A stretch of 64,000 nt of DNA from Nitrosopumilus sp. Its GTDB lineage: Archaea; Thermoproteota; Nitrososphaeria; Nitrososphaerales; Nitrosopumilaceae. The notes below the pieces were generated by a model. The model had not been told where the DNA came from, searched no databases, and saw nothing but the letters and a program-made list of their open reading frames with translations. Location of the stretch: positions 1,820,961 through 1,884,960 of the forward strand of contig OY763927.2 in assembly GCA_963667665.2 (NCBI GenBank). The letters run 5' to 3'. The position numbers were made by a program, and so were the translations under genes. Below, piece by piece: positions 18,282 through 29,107 of the stretch (positions are counted from its first letter, which is position 1; the number at the start of each line of letters is the position of its first letter).

Positions 18282-18757
18282 CAGGTGCAAGGCTGTTCAA
18301 GGAAGCCACGTCAGAGAACGCGGTCGTGGCGCTCAGGCAGGCCATCAGGGAGTTTGGGACTCCTGCAACCATACTGTCAGACAATGGATCGTGCTTTGTA
18401 GGCAGGGGCGGCCGCAAGAAGCTTACCGGCACCTGGACTCCGACCATCTTTGAGAACGAGCTGCTGAACCTTGGCATAGAGTTGATCAATTCAAGACCGT
18501 ATCACTCTCAGACCAACGGCAAGCTTGAACGGTTCCACAGGAGCATTGAGGAGGAGATACACCACTACGAGAGCCTGTCCGAGTACATTGAATACTACAA
18601 CGAGAGACGACTCCACTTTTCGCTGGACATGCACAACTACGAGACCCCGCTCAAGGCGTTTTCTGCCAGGAAGGCTACAGAAGCAATCAGGACAAATGAC
18701 CCACAATGGATGGAGGTAGACACAAATGACTAGCGGACATAATTTTCATATATTACA
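18273..18757 (+). pseudogene. IS481-type transposase 3' half plus right end (inverted relative to its 5' half)
   Basis: Matches the 3' half of the intact copy (ending 46703); ends ...CATATATTACA. Confidence 0.9.
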
Positions 18758-19250
18758 CACCTGTCACGCACCTGGATGCATCATCAAGGTAGGTTATGAG
18801 GTTCAGGCCGCGAAAGCGCGGATCCTTCATGACGTGCCAGTCCGTATGCCACATTGAATTGGAATGCTTCCGTTCGTAGCGTATCCACTTCCGCCTGCGG
18901 GATTTGGCAGTCGACAGAACCACCAGTCCGTTCTCCTTCATGACCTGGTATACCTTGGCGTAGCTTACATCATAATCTTTTCGCAGGTTCATCGCGGTGC
19001 GCAGCACGCCCACATCTTCTCGCCTGTGCTCGTCCAGTACCAGTTGCACCTCGTCTGAGGACGGCCAGGTCGCCAGTCGCCCTGGCATTCTGGGGATGTG
19101 TGGAGATCCGGTAGCACAAAACTCTGCCCAAAGTCTCCTTACGTGCCGTGGAGTCACACCTATCTGGACTGCTACCGCCGACGAACTCGTGCCTTTCTTG
19201 ATCTGCCCCATTGCGTAACGTATGGCCTTGGCAGTCAAACGTTTTGTCAT
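18758..19250 (-). pseudogene. IS481-type transposase 5' half
   Basis: Matches the 5' half of the intact copy (from 45741) except P>L in GRPAT. Confidence 0.9.
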
Positions 19251-19469
19251 CTTTTTTCTTGATCGATGCAGAACAAAATAATCCTTTACGGTAAGCTTGA
19301 TCTTAACTGGACCTAATTTTCGTACAATAGATTTTCGGACTATAACCAATAGACATAAATATTTTATAATAAAAAACAGGTCATTGATTTCTAGTCATAA
19401 TTATAACGTCATTTTGCAATCGGATCGTCTAATGTCATCTTTTGGAGACATGGGGGGAGGTGACAGCAC

Positions 19470-22031
19470 TTGAACCGTCATTTATATCACCAGATTCGCA
19501 CCGTGCACGTGCTGTCAGTCATTGCAGTGTTTGCCATATCTGCAGGCATTCTCCTGGCTGCACAGTCAGGATGCATCGGTGCGACTCTGGCCGGAACAGA
19601 CGGCAGCTACAACACGCCTGATACAGGGCTGTCTGAGCACGCCCCTGTGCAGGCAGTAACAGCATGGGAGGGGATGTCAAACCTGATTGTTGCCTGCCAA
19701 ATTGCAGACACGTTTGCAGATATGTTGTTTACAGGCGTGCTGGATGCTGCCTATGCGGTGCATGCAGTATTGAGTTTGACTGCCGTTGATAATATCACAG
19801 ATACCGTCAGCCTGAAGCTTGATGGTGTGAATGATATCACCACATTCGTGCCGCAGCCCCAGTATGCCTTTGCCCAGACTCCTCCCGCCGACGCGTTTGT
19901 GACCACGTGGAAGACGGCATCGGCAGACCAGAGCATCACCATCAACTTTGTGGGAGACGACATGAACATCTCATGGGGGGACGGTATGACTGAGACGAAC
20001 CTCTCGGGACCCCAGACCCACACCTATGAAGATGCAGGCAACTACACGGTCTCTGTGACCGGCGGCCTGACAGGACTTACATTGGACAGGCCTCCCGACT
20101 CCTTTAGCTTACCCGGCCTCGTACCCGAGCTTGCCTCGATAGACCAGTGGGGCAGCATATCCTGGACCAACATGAGTAACGCCTTTGCCGGAGCCTCCAA
20201 CATGACCTACATGGCCACTGACACGCCGGACCTGAGTCTTGTCACCGACATGTCCTCCATGTTCGTTAGTGCCACATCCTTTGACGGCGACCTCTCATCC
20301 TGGGACGTCTCGTCTGTCAGGGATATGTACGGCATGTTCCACAACGCCGCCTCCTTCAACCAGCCCCTCAACAGCTGGAACGTCTCCTCTGTCACCGACA
20401 TGGCACTCATGTTCATCGGCGCCTCCTCCTTCAACCAGCCCCTCAACAGCTGGAACGTCTCCTCTGTCACCGACATGTCATCCATGTTCTTCAGCGCCAC
20501 CTCCTTTGACGGCACCCTCTCCGACTGGAATGTCTCCTCTGTCACAAACATGAACGGCATGTTCAACTCCGCCTCCTCCTTCAACCAACCCCTCAACAGC
20601 TGGGACGTCTCTTCTGTCACCGACATGTCCGACATGTTCAACTCCGCCTTCTCCTTCAACGGCGACCTCTCCAGCTGGGACGTCTCCTCTGTCACCGACA
20701 TGGCCAGCATGTTCTTCTACACCTCTGACTTTGATGGCGACCTCTCCGGATGGGACGTCTCCTCTGTCACCGACATGTCCGGCATGTTCAACTCCGCCTC
20801 CTCCTTCAACGGCGACCTCTCCGGATGGGACGTCTCTTCTGTCACCGACATGTCCTACATGTTCTTCTACACCTCTGACTTTGATGGCGACCTCTCCGGA
20901 TGGGACGTCTCCTCTGTCAGTAACATGGCCGGCATGTTCAACTCCGCCTCCTCCTTCAACCAACCCCTCAACGGCTGGGATGTCTCAAAGGTGACTGACA
21001 TGTCCGGCATGTTCGCCTTTACCAGTGTCTTCAACCAACTCCTCAACAGCTGGAACGTCTCCTCGGTCAGTAACATGAACGGCATGTTCAACTCCGCCTC
21101 CTCCTTCAACCAACCCCTCAACAGCTGGGACGTCTCTTCTGTCACCGACATGAACGGCATGTTCAACTCCGCCTTCTCCTTCAACGGCGACCTCTCCAGC
21201 TGGGACGTCTCCTCTGTCACCGACATGGCCAGCATGTTCTTCTACACCTCTGACTTTGATGGCGACCTCTCCGGATGGGACGTCTCTTCTGTCACTGACA
21301 TGTCCGGCATGTTCAACTCCGCCTCCTCCTTCAACGGCGACCTCTCCAGATGGGACGTCTCCTCGGTCACCGACATGTCCTACATGTTCTTCTACACCTC
21401 TGACTTTGATGGCGACCTCTCCGGATGGGACGTCTCCTCTGTCACTGACATGGCCGGCATGTTCAACTCCGCCTCCTCCTTCAACCAACCCCTCAACGGC
21501 TGGGATGTCTCAAAGGTGACTGACATGTCCGGCATGTTCGCCTTTACCAGTGTCTTCAACCAACTCCTCAACAGCTGGAACGTCTCCTCGGTCAGTAACA
21601 TGAACGGCATGTTCAACTCCGCCTCCTCCTTCAACCAACCCCTCAACAGCTGGGACGTCTCTTCTGTCACCGACATGTCCGACATGTTCAACTCCGCCTT
21701 CTCCTTCAACGGCGACCTCTCCAGCTGGGACGTCTCTTCTGTCACCGACATGGCCAGCATGTTCTTCTACACCTCTGACTTTGATGGCGACCTCTCCGGA
21801 TGGGACGTCTCTTCTGTCACTGACATGTCCGGCATGTTCACTGCCTCCTCCTTCAACGGCGACCTCTCCAGATGGGACGTCTCTTCGGTCACCGACATGT
21901 CCTACATGTTCTTCTACACCTCTGACTTTGATGGCGACCTCTCCGGATGGGACGTCTCCTCTGTCAGTAACATGAACGGCAGGCCTCCTCCTTCAACCAA
22001 CCCCTCAAGGCGGATGTTCAAAGGTGACTGA
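19470..22031 (+). CDS. Giant DUF285 protein copy B, N-terminal part; degenerates into garbled sequence
   Basis: GGAGGTGA SD before TTG; signal peptide; PKD-like ISWGDG..HTYEDAGNYTV; DUF285 repeats. Confidence 0.8.
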   Translation: MNRHLYHQIRTVHVLSVIAVFAISAGILLAAQSGCIGATLAGTDGSYNTPDTGLSEHAPVQAVTAWEGMSNLIVACQIADTFADMLFTGVLDAAYAVHAVLSLTAVDNITDTVSLKLDGVNDITTFVPQPQYAFAQTPPADAFVTTWKTASADQSITINFVGDDMNISWGDGMTETNLSGPQTHTYEDAGNYTVSVTGGLTGLTLDRPPDSFSLPGLVPELASIDQWGSISWTNMSNAFAGASNMTYMATDTPDLSLVTDMSSMFVSATSFDGDLSSWDVSSVRDMYGMFHNAASFNQPLNSWNVSSVTDMALMFIGASSFNQPLNSWNVSSVTDMSSMFFSATSFDGTLSDWNVSSVTNMNGMFNSASSFNQPLNSWDVSSVTDMSDMFNSAFSFNGDLSSWDVSSVTDMASMFFYTSDFDGDLSGWDVSSVTDMSGMFNSASSFNGDLSGWDVSSVTDMSYMFFYTSDFDGDLSGWDVSSVSNMAGMFNSASSFNQPLNGWDVSKVTDMSGMFAFTSVFNQLLNSWNVSSVSNMNGMFNSASSFNQPLNSWDVSSVTDMNGMFNSAFSFNGDLSSWDVSSVTDMASMFFYTSDFDGDLSGWDVSSVTDMSGMFNSASSFNGDLSRWDVSSVTDMSYMFFYTSDFDGDLSGWDVSSVTDMAGMFNSASSFNQPLNGWDVSKVTDMSGMFAFTSVFNQLLNSWNVSSVSNMNGMFNSASSFNQPLNSWDVSSVTDMSDMFNSAFSFNGDLSSWDVSSVTDMASMFFYTSDFDGDLSGWDVSSVTDMSGMFTASSFNGDLSRWDVSSVTDMSYMFFYTSDFDGDLSGWDVSSVSNMNGRPPPSTNPSRRMFKGD

Positions 22032-22385
22032 CATGCCGGCATGTTCGCCTTTACCAGTGTCTTCAACCAACTCCTCAACAGCTGGAACGTCTCCTCGGTC
22101 AGTAACAGACGGCATGTTCAACTCCGCCTCCTCCTTCAACCAACAACAGCTCCCATCTCTTCTGTCAGACATGTCCGACATGTTCAACTCCGCCTTCTCC
22201 TTCAAGAGGTCTCCAGCTACGTCTGAAGACACTGGTAAAGGCGAACATGCCGGACATGTCAGTCACCTTTGAGACTCCCAGCCGTTGAGGGGTTGGTTGA
22301 AGGAGGAGGCGGAGTTGAACATGCCGGCCATGTTCTTCTACACCTCTGACTTTGATGGCGACCTCTCCGGATGGGACGTCTGTCG
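21840..22385. other. Low-quality fold-back junction of the large inverted duplication
   Basis: Indel-rich repeat units; strand switches near 22220, 22325 and 22381. Confidence 0.8.
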
Positions 22386-23761
22386 GTGACAGAAGAGACG
22401 TCCCATCCGGAGAGGTCGCCGTTGAAGGAGGAGGCGGAGTTGAACATGCCGGACATGTCGGTGACAGAGGAGACGTCCCATCCGGAGAGGTCGCCATCAA
22501 AGTCAGAGGTGTAGAAGAACATGCTGGCCATGTCGGTGACAGAGGAGACGTCCCAGCTGGAGAGGTCGCCGTTGAAGGAGAAGGCGGAGTTGAACATGTC
22601 GGACATGTCGGTGACAGAAGAGACGTCCCAGCTGTTGAGGGGTTGGTTGAAGGAGGAGGCGGAGTTGAACATGCCGTTCATGTTTGTGACAGAGGAGACA
22701 TTCCAGTCGGAGAGGGTGCCGTCAAAGGAGGTGGCGCTGAAGAACATGGATGACATGTCGGTGACAGAGGAGACGTTCCAGCTGTTGAGGGGCTGGTTGA
22801 AGGAGGAGGCGCCGATGAACATGAGTGCCATGTCGGTGACAGAGGAGACGTTCCAGCTGTTGAGGGGCTGGTTGAAGGAGGCGGCGTTGTGGAACATGCC
22901 GTACATATCCCTGACAGACGAGACGTCCCAGGATGAGAGGTCGCCGTCAAAGGATGTGGCACTAACGAACATGGAGGACATGTCGGTGACAAGACTCAGG
23001 TCCGGCGTGTCAGTGGCCATGTAGGTCATGTTGGAGGCTCCGGCAAAGGCGTTACTCATGTTGGTCCAGGATATGCTGCCCCACTGGTCTATCGAGGCAA
23101 GCTCGGGTACGAGGCCGGGTAAGCTAAAGGAGTCGGGAGGCCTGTCCAATGTAAGTCCTGTCAGGCCGCCGGTCACAGAGACCGTGTAGTTGCCTGCATC
23201 TTCATAGGTGTGGGTCTGGGGTCCCGAGAGGTTCGTCTCAGTCATACCGTCCCCCCATGAGATGTTCATGTCGTCTCCCACAAAGTTGATGGTGATGCTC
23301 TGGTCTGCCGATGCCGTCTTCCACGTGGTCACAAACGCGTCGGCGGGAGGAGTCTGGGCAAAGGCATACTGGGGCTGCGGCACGAATGTGGTGATATCAT
23401 TCACACCATCAAGCTTCAGGCTGACGGTATCTGTGATATTATCAACGGCAGTCAAACTCAATACTGCATGCACCGCATAGGCAGCATCCAGCACGCCTGT
23501 AAACAACATATCTGCAAACGTGTCTGCAATTTGGCAGGCAACAATCAGGTTTGACATCCCCTCCCATGCTGTTACTGCCTGCACAGGGGCGTGCTCAGAC
23601 AGCCCTGTATCAGGCGTGTTGTAGCTGCCGTCTGTTCCGGCCAGAGTCGCACCGATACAGCCTGACTGTGCAGCCAGGAGAATGCCTGCAGATATGGCAA
23701 ACACTGCAATGACTGACAGCACGTGCACGGTGCGAATCTGGTGATATAAATGACGGTTCAA
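22259..23761 (-). CDS. Giant DUF285 protein copy B, N-terminal part (mirror of the 19470 gene)
   Basis: Protein identical to the 19470 ORF until the junction. Confidence 0.8.
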   Translation of the reverse strand: MNRHLYHQIRTVHVLSVIAVFAISAGILLAAQSGCIGATLAGTDGSYNTPDTGLSEHAPVQAVTAWEGMSNLIVACQIADTFADMLFTGVLDAAYAVHAVLSLTAVDNITDTVSLKLDGVNDITTFVPQPQYAFAQTPPADAFVTTWKTASADQSITINFVGDDMNISWGDGMTETNLSGPQTHTYEDAGNYTVSVTGGLTGLTLDRPPDSFSLPGLVPELASIDQWGSISWTNMSNAFAGASNMTYMATDTPDLSLVTDMSSMFVSATSFDGDLSSWDVSSVRDMYGMFHNAASFNQPLNSWNVSSVTDMALMFIGASSFNQPLNSWNVSSVTDMSSMFFSATSFDGTLSDWNVSSVTNMNGMFNSASSFNQPLNSWDVSSVTDMSDMFNSAFSFNGDLSSWDVSSVTDMASMFFYTSDFDGDLSGWDVSSVTDMSGMFNSASSFNGDLSGWDVSSVTDRRPIRRGRHQSQRCRRTWPACSTPPPPSTNPSTAGSLKGD

Positions 23762-23980
23762 GTGCTGTCACCTCCCCCCATGTCTCCAAAAGATGACATT
23801 AGACGATCCGATTGCAAAATGACGTTATAATTATGACTAGAAATCAATGACCTGTTTTTTATTATAAAATATTTATGTCTATTGGTTATAGTCCGAAAAT
23901 CTATTGTACGAAAATTAGGTCCAGTTAAGATCAAGCTTACCGTAAAGGATTATTTTGTTCTGCATCGATCAAGAAAAAAG

Positions 23981-24473
23981 ATGACAAAACGTTTGACTGC
24001 CAAGGCCATACGTTACGCAATGGGGCAGATCAAGAAAGGCACGAGTTCGTCGGCGGTAGCAGTCCAGATAGGTGTGACTCCACGGCACGTAAGGAGACTT
24101 TGGGCAGAGTTTTGTGCTACCGGATCTCCACACATCCCCAGAATGCCAGGGCGACTGGCGACCTGGCCGTCCTCAGACGAGGTGCAACTGGTACTGGACG
24201 AGCACAGGCGAGAAGATGTGGGCGTGCTGCGCACCGCGATGAACCTGCGAAAAGATTATGATGTAAGCTACGCCAAGGTATACCAGGTCATGAAGGAGAA
24301 CGGACTGGTGGTTCTGTCGACTGCCAAATCCCGCAGGCGGAAGTGGATACGCTACGAACGGAAGCATTCCAATTCAATGTGGCATACGGACTGGCACGTC
24401 ATGAAGGATCCGCGCTTTCGCGGCCTGAACCTCATAACCTACCTTGATGATGCATCCAGGTGCGTGACAGGTG
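23981..24473 (+). pseudogene. IS481-type transposase 5' half (mirror)
   Basis: MTKRLTAK...YLDDASRCVTG, then joined to the TGTAATATATG end. Confidence 0.9.
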
Positions 24474-24958
24474 TGTAATATATGAAAATTATGTCCGCTA
24501 GTCATTTGTGTCTACCTCCATCCATTGTGGGTCATTTGTTCTGATTGCTTCTGTAGCCTTCCTGGCAGAAAACGCCTTGAGCGGGGTCTCGTAGTTGTGC
24601 ATGTCCAGCGAAAAGTGGAGTCGTCTCTCGTTGTAGTATTCAATGTACTCGGACAGGCTCTCGTAGTGGTGTATCTCCTCCTCAATGCTCCTGTGGAACC
24701 GTTCAAGCTTGCCGTTGGTCTGAGAGTGATACGGTCTTGAATTGATCAACTCTATGCCAAGGTTCAGCAGCTCGTTCTCAAAGATGGTCGGAGTCCAGGT
24801 GCCGGTAAGCTTCTTGCGGCCGCCCCTGCCTACAAAGCACGATCCATTGTCTGACAGTATGGTTGCAGGAGTCCCAAACTCCCTGATGGCCTGCCTGAGC
24901 GCCACGACCGCGTTCTCTGACGTGGCTTCCTTGAACAGCCTTGCACCTGTCACGCACC
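24474..24958 (-). pseudogene. IS481-type transposase 3' half plus right end, inverted (mirror)
   Basis: Mirror of 18273..18757. Confidence 0.9.
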
Positions 24959-25201
24959 TGTATCATATGATATCATATTTGTACCACTTACACTGTTTAA
25001 AATATAATCTGAATGACATATTAAAGCACACCCATGTGATACTCGTTGGGCATATGTTATTGGTACATTCTCATAACCTATACATGTTATAATGTAACTA
25101 TCCTGAGGTTGTGCAGATGAACCATATGATTCACTAAATATGAATCTGGTTGCACTCAATACTAAAACTGCTGCAAGGATTGCGATGTAATGGCTCTTCA
25201 T
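24950..25201 (-). pseudogene. Truncated secreted-protein gene (mirror)
   Basis: Mirror of 18030..18281. Confidence 0.55.
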
Positions 25202-25340
25202 GAAAATTACATCATATAATTAGATAAAAGAATTTTTTATCTAATTATTATTTGGGATTTAATTATAATTAACGAATATCGTATTTGGTATCCAAATCTG
25301 TGGTAAAATAGGTGTGGTTGTATACTGGTTGTATGACTAG

Positions 25341-25681
25341 ATAAAGCTACAAGAAGCTACAGAATTGCGGATATCGCTAATTTTCTAGGCGTGATGAGCT
25401 ACAAGGATATGTAGTTTTGGTGTGATAGTATGAGGATTTGTGACTAGGAAAAGCTACAAAAGCTACGAAAGCTACAGGGTATTTTCCTAGAGTCTAGAAA
25501 AAAATAAAATACAAAAAATAATTTTTTCAAAAAGGAACTTTAAAGGGTGTAGCTTCTGTAGCTTCTGTAGCTTATTGAACTAAATACAAATAATGGAATA
25601 TTATATGAAAATTATCATAAATTACACATTATAATGTATAATTTTTACAACTGAAATTTTGAAAAAGCTACAATAAGCTAC
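25341..25681. repeat. Iteron-like AGCTAC array (mirror)
   Basis: Mirror of 17550..17890. Confidence 0.7.
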
Positions 25682-25866
25682 ACAGAAACAGATATTTTTG
25701 ACGTATATTTGGAGGATTTCATTATAACATCACAGTTTGAGTGGATTGAATCATCAGTGAAATGATTGCATTTTACACATTTTATTTTTAATGGTTGCTC
25801 GCATATTTTACAATATTCCAACACCTTTAATGGTTCACCACAGTTCCTGCAGCAGTCAATTCGCAT
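25678..25866 (-). CDS. Small zinc-ribbon protein (mirror)
   Basis: Identical protein to 17365..17553. Confidence 0.7.
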   Translation of the reverse strand: MRIDCCRNCGEPLKVLEYCKICEQPLKIKCVKCNHFTDDSIHSNCDVIMKSSKYTSKISVSV

Positions 25867-26174
25867 GATTAGTTATTTATGATATCATTTTATAATTCTT
25901 TAATTGAGGTAAAGGATCTAGTAATTATGAAAATAATTACAGGACTTGGTGCCATGAGTATTGGTATTTTGATAATATTAATTCTAACAAGAGAGTAATT
26001 TTTCAAGTTATAAAAAAATCGGATTCAGTGAGGGTATAATGTACATTGATGACAAAGACTGTAAGGTGGTGGCCAAGGTTTCTCTTCAGAATGGAAAACT
26101 AACATGTACAATACATACTGAGATGTGTGAACATGTATTATTTGCTGGAATGTGTTCAGATATGAATAAACTTG

Positions 26175-27236
26175 TTAGCCCACTTCTTTGAAATTTTTTC
26201 GTACGAATAATTCAGCTTCAATTTTTTCTAATCTTTCTTTAAGTGATTCATTTTCTCTATTTGCTTCTTTGAGATTTTTAATCTTCATTTCATTTATTGT
26301 TTGATCATAAACAAATAATTTTGGTTCTAATTCTAGATACATCTCAAGTTTTTCTTCATCAGATAGTCTATCATAAATTGGAAGATACCCTTTATGACCT
26401 GTCATTTTATGAGCATATCCTAGATCATGTGTTCTTGCAGCACGTGTATGATAATATGCACGAAATGAATGTATTGTGATTTTTCTTGTACCAGAATCAT
26501 ATCTTTCTATCAATCCAACTTTATCTGTATAACTTGCAAATGTTTTATCTTCTGCAACTACTGCTGATTCTCTATTGTCATTTGTACCCCACATTAAATC
26601 TTCATTATTAATTCTGTTATATTTTCCAATATTGTGTTTAGTTGCTTCAATAGATGTGTAGACTGTTCTTGCAATTTTGGTTTTTGTAAACTTTGCAGAA
26701 ATGTAAATTACCATTCTTCCCTCGATTATTTTTATGTGTTTTTTTCTGATTTGTGCTGTTTCACCAACACGCATTCCAGATGAAATTAAAATAAGGTAGA
26801 GTGATTTTTTGGCATAATGTGCACAAGATAAAATAGTTATAATTTCTCCTACTTGTAGTGGATATTTTTCTTCTTCAGTTTGTTTTGGGATACTAACATT
26901 TTCCTTAATGTCTTTGTCAGTTAGTTTTAGACCTCTATAATGCATGTATGATTTTATACATGAAAAATAGATTTCAAGTGAGTTCAGATATGTTGCCTTG
27001 TCTACACTCCAATTAACCCAATCTTGATATACATCACAAGTGGCAGATTCCATCTGACGTAGCTCAAATGATAATAGTTCTGCTATGACATCTTCTGATG
27101 AGTGACTGTATTTTTCACTACAGAATTTTTCAAAATGGTTAAGTGCTATTCTTGTAGAGTTCTGTAATGATGAACTTTTCTTTGAAATCTTTTCAGAATA
27201 ACTTTCCCTAGTTCTCTCCCTTATCAGAAATGTCAT
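26175..27236 (-). CDS. Tyrosine recombinase/integrase (mirror)
   Basis: Identical protein to the left-arm copy. Confidence 0.9.
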   Translation of the reverse strand: MTFLIRERTRESYSEKISKKSSSLQNSTRIALNHFEKFCSEKYSHSSEDVIAELLSFELRQMESATCDVYQDWVNWSVDKATYLNSLEIYFSCIKSYMHYRGLKLTDKDIKENVSIPKQTEEEKYPLQVGEIITILSCAHYAKKSLYLILISSGMRVGETAQIRKKHIKIIEGRMVIYISAKFTKTKIARTVYTSIEATKHNIGKYNRINNEDLMWGTNDNRESAVVAEDKTFASYTDKVGLIERYDSGTRKITIHSFRAYYHTRAARTHDLGYAHKMTGHKGYLPIYDRLSDEEKLEMYLELEPKLFVYDQTINEMKIKNLKEANRENESLKERLEKIEAELFVRKNFKEVG

Positions 27237-27322
27237 GTATAAGCACGGCAAAACCACCTTTTTAATTACACTATTCGTTCTAATCTAAAGAGTTTAATTA
27301 TTCATTTTGTGTTTTTTAAAAC

Positions 27323-27394
27323 GGTACTCTGGCAGAACGGTTATGCGTGGGCCTGCAAAGCCTATACAAGGGGGTTCGACTCCCTCGGGTACCT
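27323..27394 (+). tRNA. tRNA-Cys (GCA) (mirror)
   Basis: GGTACTCTGGCAGAACGG...CTGCAAA...GGTTCGACTCCCTCGGGTACCT. Confidence 0.92.
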
Positions 27395-27804
27395 TATTCA
27401 ACAACTACCTGTCCTTTCATCCAAGGATGAAGAGTACAAAAATAATCATATGTGCCTGTTTCATCAAAAGTAAGAGTATAGGATTCAAATGGATCTAAAT
27501 GTCCACTGTCAAAAAGATCAGTTGGTGTATCGTAAAAACCAGAAGTGATACTATGAAACGCTGAATCTTCATTTACCCATGTTACTTGTTTTCCTTTTTC
27601 AATTACAATGAGAGAGGGAATATAACATCTATCAGTTTCTTCACATCCTGGGCGAGAAACTTTTGTTGGCATTATCACATCGCCTTTAATGAACAAGTCT
27701 GTTTCATCAACAGTTTCTTCAGTAGAAGAATTAGAAGAAAATAAAGCAATAATTACAACAATTACTACTCCAATTACCCCTGTAGCAGTTATTTGTTTCA
27801 GCAA
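27394..27804 (-). CDS. Plastocyanin/cupredoxin-like protein (mirror)
   Basis: Identical to 15427..15837. Confidence 0.92.
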   Translation of the reverse strand: MLKQITATGVIGVVIVVIIALFSSNSSTEETVDETDLFIKGDVIMPTKVSRPGCEETDRCYIPSLIVIEKGKQVTWVNEDSAFHSITSGFYDTPTDLFDSGHLDPFESYTLTFDETGTYDYFCTLHPWMKGQVVVE

Positions 27805-27866
27805 ATCATATCATATCCAGAATAGAGTTATTACATAATATCTGGCTGAATTACCAAATATTTTGG

Positions 27867-28094
27867 TTACTGATAATCACGCGGTCTTGTAGTTTTTGAT
27901 TTAAAAAATAGTATTATTCCAATAGATAACGGTACAAAAATAACAATAAATGTGTAAATTACTGATATAATTTTACCAGGTACATCATCTTGATTGTACA
28001 CAAATGATGGAAAATAGAATATTAATGAGATAACACCAACACCCCCATACAAAATCAATACATAATAAATTATTTTTAATTTTTTAGAAGTCAT
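27867..28094 (-). CDS. Small two-TM protein (mirror)
   Basis: Mirror of 15137..15364. Confidence 0.6.
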   Translation of the reverse strand: MTSKKLKIIYYVLILYGGVGVISLIFYFPSFVYNQDDVPGKIISVIYTFIVIFVPLSIGIILFFKSKTTRPRDYQ

Positions 28095-28138
28095 AAAAAA
28101 AGAAAAAGGGGTTAGTTGTAGTATATGTTGCACCAACA

Positions 28139-28369
28139 CTATGGATCTGTATTAATCCAAGTTGATTGTTGTGATTCATTGAGTGAATCTATGACTGGAT
28201 AAATACATGTGTTAAGCATACTGTCCTCGTACTCTAATCCTCCTCCCTTTTTACAATAATGGTGTTCTAGATAGTTATCTATTGCATAAAATGAAAAAAC
28301 TGTACAGATTATTAAAATTGGTATTAATAATATAATTCCAATAATGATTAAAATTTTTCTTTTATTCAA
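28139..28369 (-). CDS. Small membrane-anchored protein (mirror)
   Basis: Mirror of 14862..15092. Confidence 0.55.
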   Translation of the reverse strand: MNKRKILIIIGIILLIPILIICTVFSFYAIDNYLEHHYCKKGGGLEYEDSMLNTCIYPVIDSLNESQQSTWINTDP

Positions 28370-28390
28370 AATAAAAAAGGAAAGAAAGTG

Positions 28391-28618
28391 TTAGTTACTT
28401 TCATGCCATTGCCAAACATAAACATCCCACCACCACGTAGGGGCGACATATTCGTTTAAGTTTGAATTTGGCTCATTGAATTGACCTGTTGCACCTATGC
28501 CTTTGTAGGTTTGACCACCAACATAGAAGTTCTGATTATATCCTATGTTGTCATGAGTTATGACCTGTTGATCTCTAAATTCACCGCCAGTACATCCTCC
28601 ATACTTAAATGAAATCAT
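28391..28618 (-). CDS. Trp-rich stub 2 (mirror)
   Basis: Mirror of 14613..14840. Confidence 0.6.
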   Translation of the reverse strand: MISFKYGGCTGGEFRDQQVITHDNIGYNQNFYVGGQTYKGIGATGQFNEPNSNLNEYVAPTWWWDVYVWQWHESN

Positions 28619-28660
28619 TAAATCCGATCCTAGACTCGAAGGGCTTTTGATCTAATACTA

Positions 28661-28852
28661 TCAATCATTGGATTGTGAAAACGTTATCACATACAATATG
28701 AATAATACAAAATAAACAGCTGTTGAGATACTGGCCAAGTACAGGCTTTTTTTAATTACTTTTTTGTTTTCATATGCTAATGAATTTGCAACCATAACAT
28801 ACCCCACGAATCCAAATAATGATGAAAGTAAATACCAGAAAAAATTAGTCAT
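28661..28852 (-). CDS. Small two-TM protein (mirror)
   Basis: Mirror of 14379..14570. Confidence 0.6.
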   Translation of the reverse strand: MTNFFWYLLSSLFGFVGYVMVANSLAYENKKVIKKSLYLASISTAVYFVLFILYVITFSQSND

Positions 28853-28918
28853 TTTATAATCCTAACTTTTGATACTGCGGTATTACATATAATTTTAATA
28901 TAATAAAAAAAAGTGGGG

Positions 28919-29107
28919 TTACCACTGTGTAGGAGTTCCTATTTCATCAGCATGCCATACTGCAGTATAATATACCCACCACCAAACTGGTGATGCATAA
29001 TCAAGGAATGATGGATTTGGCTCTTTAATTTGCTTGTTAAAATGCCATTGGGAGTCTTCTTGATCAAGAACTATTTGATCTCTAAATGCTCCTGGATTGC
29101 AGTTGTA
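28919..29107 (-). pseudogene. Trp-rich stub 1 (mirror)
   Basis: Mirror of 14124..14312. Confidence 0.6.

Noticed and set aside
18273-18772. Invertible phase-variation switch driven by the nearby tyrosine recombinase
   Set aside because: One boundary is exactly the IS terminus, and the inverted 15-mers are a duplicated piece of transposase coding sequence, which fits transposition better. Re-inversion between them would restore the ORF, so read-level checking is still worthwhile.
15837-27394. Two tRNA-Cys copies as attL/attR of an integrated element
   Set aside because: They are full-length, inverted, and simply part of the large mirror duplication.
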